Shown here piece after piece: positions 57,524 through 64,000 of a stretch of DNA of 64,000 bases. A program made the position numbers and the translations under genes. The first letter of the stretch is position 1. The number at the start of each line of letters is the position of its first letter. The DNA is taken from the NCBI GenBank assembly GCA_028278755.1, contig JAPYOI010000062.1:4044-68043 (forward strand), given 5' to 3'. The stretch is from Candidatus Poriferisodalis multihospitum (GTDB taxonomy: Bacteria > Actinomycetota > Acidimicrobiia > Acidimicrobiales > Poriferisodalaceae). Under the pieces are notes generated by a model. The model had not been told where the DNA came from. It saw only the letters and a program-made list of their open reading frames with translations, and ran no database searches.

Positions 57524-58450
57524 TCAGTAGCGGGCGCGGGGGTGGGCTTGGCGGTAGACCTCGGTCAGCCGTTCCTGTGAGACCGCGGTGTAGCGCTGCG
57601 TGCTGGAGATGGACGCGTGGCCGAGCAGCTCCTGCACGCTGCGGATGTCGGCACCGCCGTCGAGCATGTGCGTTGCGCACGAGTGGCGCAGCACATGGGT
57701 GGTGAGCTGGTCGGGTCCGAGACCGACGCGGTCGCCGTGGCGGCGCACGATCAGCCAGACGCCCTGGCGGGTGATGCGGCGGCCCCGGGCATTCAGGAAC
57801 ACCGCTGCAGCGTCGTCTCTCGACCGCCACGCAGCAGGTTCCAGCGCCCCGCGCCCGGCGCCGCTGAGCCATTCGCCGACGGCATCGGCGGCGTGACGCC
57901 CCACCGGCACGACGCGCTCCTTGCCGCCCTTGCCCCACACCCGCATGAGCCTCTCGTCGAGGTCGACGTCGCCCAGCGACAGCGCCACCAGCTCGCTGGC
58001 CCGCAGGCCCATGCCGTAGAGCACTTCGAGCATCGCCCGGTCTCGCCGCACCAGCGGGCTGTCACCCACGGGCGATGCCAGGAGCTGCTCGACCTGGTCG
58101 CGCCGCAATGCTCGGGGCAACCCGGCAGGCGCGCGGGGCATGTCGAGCGCACCGGCGGGATCGGTCGAGGCCAGGTCCTCGGCCACCAGGAACCGGTAGA
58201 GGCCACGAAGGCTGACCGCAGCCCGGGCGGCGGTGGAAGCTGCCCGCCCGAGATCGTCGCGCAAGTGCGCCAGGTAGGCCGCGATGTCAGCGGAGCTCGC
58301 GCCCAGCAGATCGGTGCCTCGTGCCTCGAGCCATGCCGCAAACCCACCGAGGTCGGCCCGATACGACGCCACGGTGCGCGGTGCTCGGCCTCGCTCGTTC
58401 GACAGCCAGCCCAAGTAGTCCTCGGCTTCGACCGCCAGCGCAGCGGACAT
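57524..58450 (-). CDS. xerD: site-specific tyrosine recombinase XerD
   Basis: ..LYGMGLRASEL.., ..HVLRHSCATHML..GADIRSVQELLGHASISSTQRYT.. R-H-R-Y catalytic pattern. It lies next to pyrG as in mycobacteria. ATG 58450 chosen. Confidence 0.9.
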   Translation of the reverse strand: MSAALAVEAEDYLGWLSNERGRAPRTVASYRADLGGFAAWLEARGTDLLGASSADIAAYLAHLRDDLGRAASTAARAAVSLRGLYRFLVAEDLASTDPAGALDMPRAPAGLPRALRRDQVEQLLASPVGDSPLVRRDRAMLEVLYGMGLRASELVALSLGDVDLDERLMRVWGKGGKERVVPVGRHAADAVGEWLSGAGRGALEPAAWRSRDDAAAVFLNARGRRITRQGVWLIVRRHGDRVGLGPDQLTTHVLRHSCATHMLDGGADIRSVQELLGHASISSTQRYTAVSQERLTEVYRQAHPRARY

Positions 58451-58452
58451 CG

Positions 58453-60135
<1,683 letters not shown>

Positions 60136-60215
60136 TCACTCGCATGTGTCATCAAGCTACCGTCGCTCCGGGCGGTGTTGGCTGATACAGGGTTGGCTGA
60201 TGCCGGAGGGAAGCC

Positions 60216-61733
60216 ATGAGCGACACCGGTGAGGACGCACAGCACACCGGAGGCGACCGCGCGCCGGCTGACCTGCTGGTGCACAGTGCCGATCTGCTGG
60301 CGACGTGCGATCACCAGCGCCGCGAGATCGCAGGCGGTTGGGTCGCCATCACTGGCGGGCTCATCAGCGCGGTCGGCGACGCCTCGCAGACGCCGCCCGC
60401 GGCGAGCCGCCGCATCGATGCCGGCGGGTGTCTCGTCACGCCGGGGCTTGTCAACACCCACCACCACATGTACCAGAACCTCACCAGGTCCTATGCGCCG
60501 GCGCTGCGCGGCGGGCTGTTCGACTGGCTCACCACGCTGTACCCGCTGTGGGCGCGCCTCGATGAGCAGGGCGCGTATCTGTCTGCCTGGGTAGGTCTGG
60601 CGGAACTGGCGCTGGGTGGCTGCACCACCAGCACCGACCACCTCTATGTGCATCCCCGGGGTGCAGGCGACCTGATCTCGGCCGAGATCACCGCGGCCGC
60701 CGAGTTGGGCATGCGCTTTCACCCGACCCGCGGCTCGATGTCGCTGGGCCAGTCCGACGGCGGGTTGCCGCCCGATGAAGTCTGCCAATCGCCTGAGGAA
60801 ATCCTGGCGGAATCGGAGCGGCTGGTCGGCGTGCACCATGACCGCTCGCCCGACGCGATGGTCAGGATCGCGCTGGCGCCGTGCTCGCCTTTCTCCGTCT
60901 CGACCGAGCTGATGACGGCGACGGCCGAACTGGCGGAGCGCCTCGACGTCCGCCTGCACACCCATTTGTGCGAGGACCCCGGTGAGGACGGCTTCTGCAT
61001 CGAGATGTTCGGGATGCGCCCGGTGGACTACTTCGAGCACTGCGGCTGGGGCTCGAATCGTTCGTGGATCGCGCACGGCGTGCAGCCCAATGCGGCCGAG
61101 ATCACACGGCTGGGATCCTGGGGCACCGGTGTGGCCCACTGTCCCAGCTCGAACCTGCTGCTCGGCGTCGGGTTGGCGCCGGTGCGCGATCTGCGGGCTG
61201 CTGGCGTGCCGGTGGGCCTGGGGGTGGACGGCTCGGCCAGCACCGATTCGGCATCGATGTGGACCGAGGCACGCAACGCCCTGCTGGTCGGCCGTCTGCG
61301 CGACGGCCAGCGGCACCTCAGCGCCGACAAGGGCCTCGGCAGCGGCCGCCCTGCCGACGGCGCCGTAGGACAGAACGTCGATGGCGCCGGAGGAGGCGAT
61401 GCAGAACGGGGCGGCACGACGTATTTCTCGGCCCGCGAGGCCCTGGACCTGGCGACTCGTGGCAGCGCAGGGTGTCTCGGCCGCGAGGGCGAGATCGGCG
61501 AGCTGTCGCCCGGTGCATGCGGTGACCTCGTGGTGTGGCAGCTTGACGGGCCGGCGTTCGCAGGCGCCCTCTCCGATCCCATCGAGGCATGGCTGCGCTG
61601 CGGCCCCCTGTCCGCCCGGGACACGATCGTGGCTGGTCGCCCGGTTGTCTCCGGCGGCCAGATCATTCATCCCAGCCTCGACGAGCGCTTGACCGAGCAT
61701 CGCCACTGCGCCGTTGCGATGCAACGGGCATAG
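60216..61733 (+). CDS. amidohydrolase, 8-oxoguanine/guanine-cytosine deaminase-like
   Basis: ..VTPGLVNTHHHMYQNLTR.. (HxH metal site), ..HTHLCE.., ..IAHGV.., ..GVDGSAS.. SD GGAGGGAAG precedes the ATG. Confidence 0.75.
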   Translation: MSDTGEDAQHTGGDRAPADLLVHSADLLATCDHQRREIAGGWVAITGGLISAVGDASQTPPAASRRIDAGGCLVTPGLVNTHHHMYQNLTRSYAPALRGGLFDWLTTLYPLWARLDEQGAYLSAWVGLAELALGGCTTSTDHLYVHPRGAGDLISAEITAAAELGMRFHPTRGSMSLGQSDGGLPPDEVCQSPEEILAESERLVGVHHDRSPDAMVRIALAPCSPFSVSTELMTATAELAERLDVRLHTHLCEDPGEDGFCIEMFGMRPVDYFEHCGWGSNRSWIAHGVQPNAAEITRLGSWGTGVAHCPSSNLLLGVGLAPVRDLRAAGVPVGLGVDGSASTDSASMWTEARNALLVGRLRDGQRHLSADKGLGSGRPADGAVGQNVDGAGGGDAERGGTTYFSAREALDLATRGSAGCLGREGEIGELSPGACGDLVVWQLDGPAFAGALSDPIEAWLRCGPLSARDTIVAGRPVVSGGQIIHPSLDERLTEHRHCAVAMQRA

Positions 61734-61744
61734 GTGTTGGAGAC

Positions 61745-62950
61745 TCAGTTGCGGTAAGGCGAGCCGAGCCGGTCCAGCCAGCGGAGCGGCGGGACCGCAT
61801 CGATGATCCGGCTGAACGACCAGCGTTCGCTCGCCAGGTTCAGGACCGCCAGAATCGCCAGCACCACCCACTCGACGGCTGCCGAATACGCGACAACCGT
61901 GGCCATGCCCAGCAAGGCGCCGAGTGGATTGACGCCAGTGTCACCCTGCATGTGCTGCTCAGCCAACTCGCTTCGCAGCAGCCCGGCCGATGCGCCGACA
62001 GCGGCCGCTGACCATACGGCCCAATCGGCAGTGTCCGGTCCTAAGTCAAAGGGACGGAACGAGCCCGATGCGAGCAGCGCTGCTGGGGCGATCCAGACGA
62101 GCCACCACGCTCCAGCTGCCTTCGTTGCGCGTCCCGGTGCCCGGTCGAGCAAGTTCATCAGATTGGCCGCGAGCGCCACGATCACGGCGCCGCGCCCGAG
62201 TGTCGTCAGGCTCCACATGGCGTCAGGATCGGAGCCCAATCCCAGCACATGCAGCAACGCGCGGAACCAATCGCCGGATCCCGTGCGCGCGTTGTCTCCG
62301 GCCTCTCCTGGGTCGCTCCACAGGGCGACCTGCACAGCCACGGCCGCAACGACGAATCCACCAAGTGCCTTCTGCAGCCCGGTCGTGAAGGCTCGCTGAC
62401 GCAGGCTCTGGCGAAAGTGCCCAGCGAAGCCGCTCGGGGCATTGTGGCCGTCTGGCGTTCCGCGGGTGTCGTCGCGATAGCCGAGCCAGCCGAAGCCGCC
62501 GAGCAGCACCAGCGCAGCGATGCCGCCGGCGATTGTGGCCGAATCTGGCGAGCGCGCCGACACAACAGATTGACCCGGCACGAAGACGGCCCATTGGATC
62601 TCGCCCGCTGGCAACGAAATGATGACGGCGGCCGTGATCGCAACTGCGACCGAGCCGGCGATGAGGACGACAAGACCCGAGACGGCGACGATCGGCTGTC
62701 CCCGATAGTTGGGCCGGATCCAGCGATCTCGGCTCATGCGCACGCTGAACCAGCGCCAGAGCAGGGCCGCTACAACTAGCGATCCCGCGAATGCCGCCAC
62801 CAGCAACGCACCCGCTTGCGTCGTGTCGGTGATCAGGGCCAGCGGCGGCACCAGCGTCATGGCCCTCGTGCGCGCCGTCGCCGCAACGGACGCCACGACT
62901 GCCGGTCCCGAAGCGAGCGCGGAAATCGGAGCTGTCGTGCTCGCTGCCAT
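61745..62950 (-). CDS. polytopic membrane protein, glycosyltransferase family 4 (MraY/WecA)-like
   Basis: Many TM segments. ..ANLMNLLDRAPG.. and ..QGDTGVNPLGALLG.. resemble the NxxD and GDxGSxxLG motifs of polyprenyl-phosphate sugar-phosphate transferases, but they are degenerate. Confidence 0.55.
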   Translation of the reverse strand: MAASTTAPISALASGPAVVASVAATARTRAMTLVPPLALITDTTQAGALLVAAFAGSLVVAALLWRWFSVRMSRDRWIRPNYRGQPIVAVSGLVVLIAGSVAVAITAAVIISLPAGEIQWAVFVPGQSVVSARSPDSATIAGGIAALVLLGGFGWLGYRDDTRGTPDGHNAPSGFAGHFRQSLRQRAFTTGLQKALGGFVVAAVAVQVALWSDPGEAGDNARTGSGDWFRALLHVLGLGSDPDAMWSLTTLGRGAVIVALAANLMNLLDRAPGRATKAAGAWWLVWIAPAALLASGSFRPFDLGPDTADWAVWSAAAVGASAGLLRSELAEQHMQGDTGVNPLGALLGMATVVAYSAAVEWVVLAILAVLNLASERWSFSRIIDAVPPLRWLDRLGSPYRN

Positions 62951-62986
62951 GACTGACGTGCCACGCCCCCGAGCTGTTGCCCCCGG

Positions 62987-63541
62987 TCAGCTGATACGGG
63001 CGCCGCGGTCGGCCGCATCGAGCGTCAAACCGATCTCGAGTCCGAACCCGGGCGCGAGCTGCAGTGATCTCATCAGCGGACCCCGCACGGCGCGCTGACC
63101 CGAGAGAGGTTCGGCCAGTTCAAGTCCCGTCTCAGAACGCAGGACGCGTGCTGCGAACGCCTTGACGAGCCCGAACCCGCTCGGGCTCTCGGCGCCTCTG
63201 AAGATGGCGATCGTCATGTCGGCTTCGCCCAGCGCAACTGGCTGCAGCAAATCAGCAGCCAGCGCGGCTGAACTGCCCAGATCGGCATCGATGAGGAGAT
63301 ATACGTCGGGGGCACCCGACGCGGCGACGCCCGCGGCGACCGCCGCTGCTTTGCCGCGGTTGCGTGCGAGCTCGATGACTCGTGCTCCTGCGGCCGCAGC
63401 CGCAGCCGCAGTTCGGTCCCGGGACCCGTCGTCGACCACGATGACGTCGAGCACATCGGGCACCGTTCGCAGCGCCGTCACCGTGGCACCGACCGTGTCC
63501 GCCCGGTCGAAGGCGGGCACGATCGCCACGGCGTGGGTCAT
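62987..63541 (-). CDS. glycosyltransferase family 2-like protein (short)
   Basis: ..VAIVPAFDRADTVGATV.., ..VIVVDDGSRD.., ..LLIDADL.. (DxD). Confidence 0.7.
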   Translation of the reverse strand: MTHAVAIVPAFDRADTVGATVTALRTVPDVLDVIVVDDGSRDRTAAAAAAAGARVIELARNRGKAAAVAAGVAASGAPDVYLLIDADLGSSAALAADLLQPVALGEADMTIAIFRGAESPSGFGLVKAFAARVLRSETGLELAEPLSGQRAVRGPLMRSLQLAPGFGLEIGLTLDAADRGARIS

Positions 63542-64000
63542 GACGGGCCCAAACCGTGGTTGACATCAGCTCCCGAGAAGTGATTGACGGCAGGCAGCCG
63601 CTCCAGCGCAACCAGCAGCGCCAGATCGCCCGAGAACGTCCCGACATCGTCGACGCTCGCGAACGATTCCGCGAGCACGGGGTCGGACCGGACTCGCTCC
63701 AGCACTGCGCCGTAGCCAACTCCTGCTGCCCCGGGCGCAGGTATTTCGACGATGACGCCGGTGCCCGAGTGCCCGTCATCGACGGCAGCCCTCAACAGAT
63801 CGAATACAAATTCCTGATTCAACCCAGCCGCTGCCGCGTCGGTGACCACCACGAGTCGCAGTTGCTCCCCTCCCAGCAGGTGCAGAGCGACGGCGCCGGT
63901 GCCGTCATGAGTCACCAGTTCCAGGTCACGGAGCAAGGTCAGCGCCGTACGTGTCGGCGGGACCGCCGAGAAGCCGCGAGAGAAACCGTCGAGCGCCCCG
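63538..64000 (-). CDS. hypothetical protein, C-terminal part (possibly MctB-like copper transporter family); 5' end outside window
   Basis: The frame is open to the window edge. ..VLERVRSDPVLAESFASVDDVGTFSGDLALLVAL.. resembles the C-terminal pattern of MctB-family proteins, which sit near pyrG in other actinobacteria. This is a weak recollection. Confidence 0.4.
   Translation of the reverse strand, partial: GALDGFSRGFSAVPPTRTALTLLRDLELVTHDGTGAVALHLLGGEQLRLVVVTDAAAAGLNQEFVFDLLRAAVDDGHSGTGVIVEIPAPGAAGVGYGAVLERVRSDPVLAESFASVDDVGTFSGDLALLVALERLPAVNHFSGADVNHGLGPS

Overview
This is a high-GC (by eye about two-thirds G+C) actinobacterial-type chromosomal segment. It is densely packed with about 58 protein genes and one tRNA-Pro. 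I saw no rRNA, CRISPR array or transposase. Gene order reproduces conserved actinobacterial housekeeping neighbourhoods: gcvP ... gcvH / FHA (GarA position) / MerR / bifunctional nuclease / MerR; tyrA / aroA-cmk / plsC ... DUF512-der; scpA-scpB-rluB; and pyrG-xerD. Other genes include leuS, trpS, ispH, mutA-mutB-meaB (B12-dependent mutase), class I ribonucleotide reductase nrdAB and a giant indolepyruvate:ferredoxin oxidoreductase-family gene. There is also a catabolic-looking cluster (NicX-like dioxygenase, acyl-CoA ligase, HIBADH-type dehydrogenase, class V aminotransferase, Rieske oxygenase, enoyl-CoA hydratase). The main result is that two genes are interrupted by an in-frame TGA exactly where homologues carry a conserved Cys, and each TGA is followed by a stem-loop. 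One is selD (selenophosphate synthetase, a known class of selenoprotein). The other is a DUF427-family gene (38817..39188, minus strand). Its downstream hairpin has a GGUC loop like the E. coli fdhF SECIS, and I interpret it as a candidate, to my knowledge undescribed, selenoprotein. selD is tightly packed with a nucleoside hydrolase, a NadD-like nucleotidyltransferase and a 2OG-Fe(II) oxygenase, which may form a selenium-linked operon. The nrdAB leader carries a likely cobalamin riboswitch. All calls rest on reading the translations and the sequence by eye. No database search was run. Start codons are often uncertain, because high GC produces long spurious N-terminal extensions and antisense ORFs.
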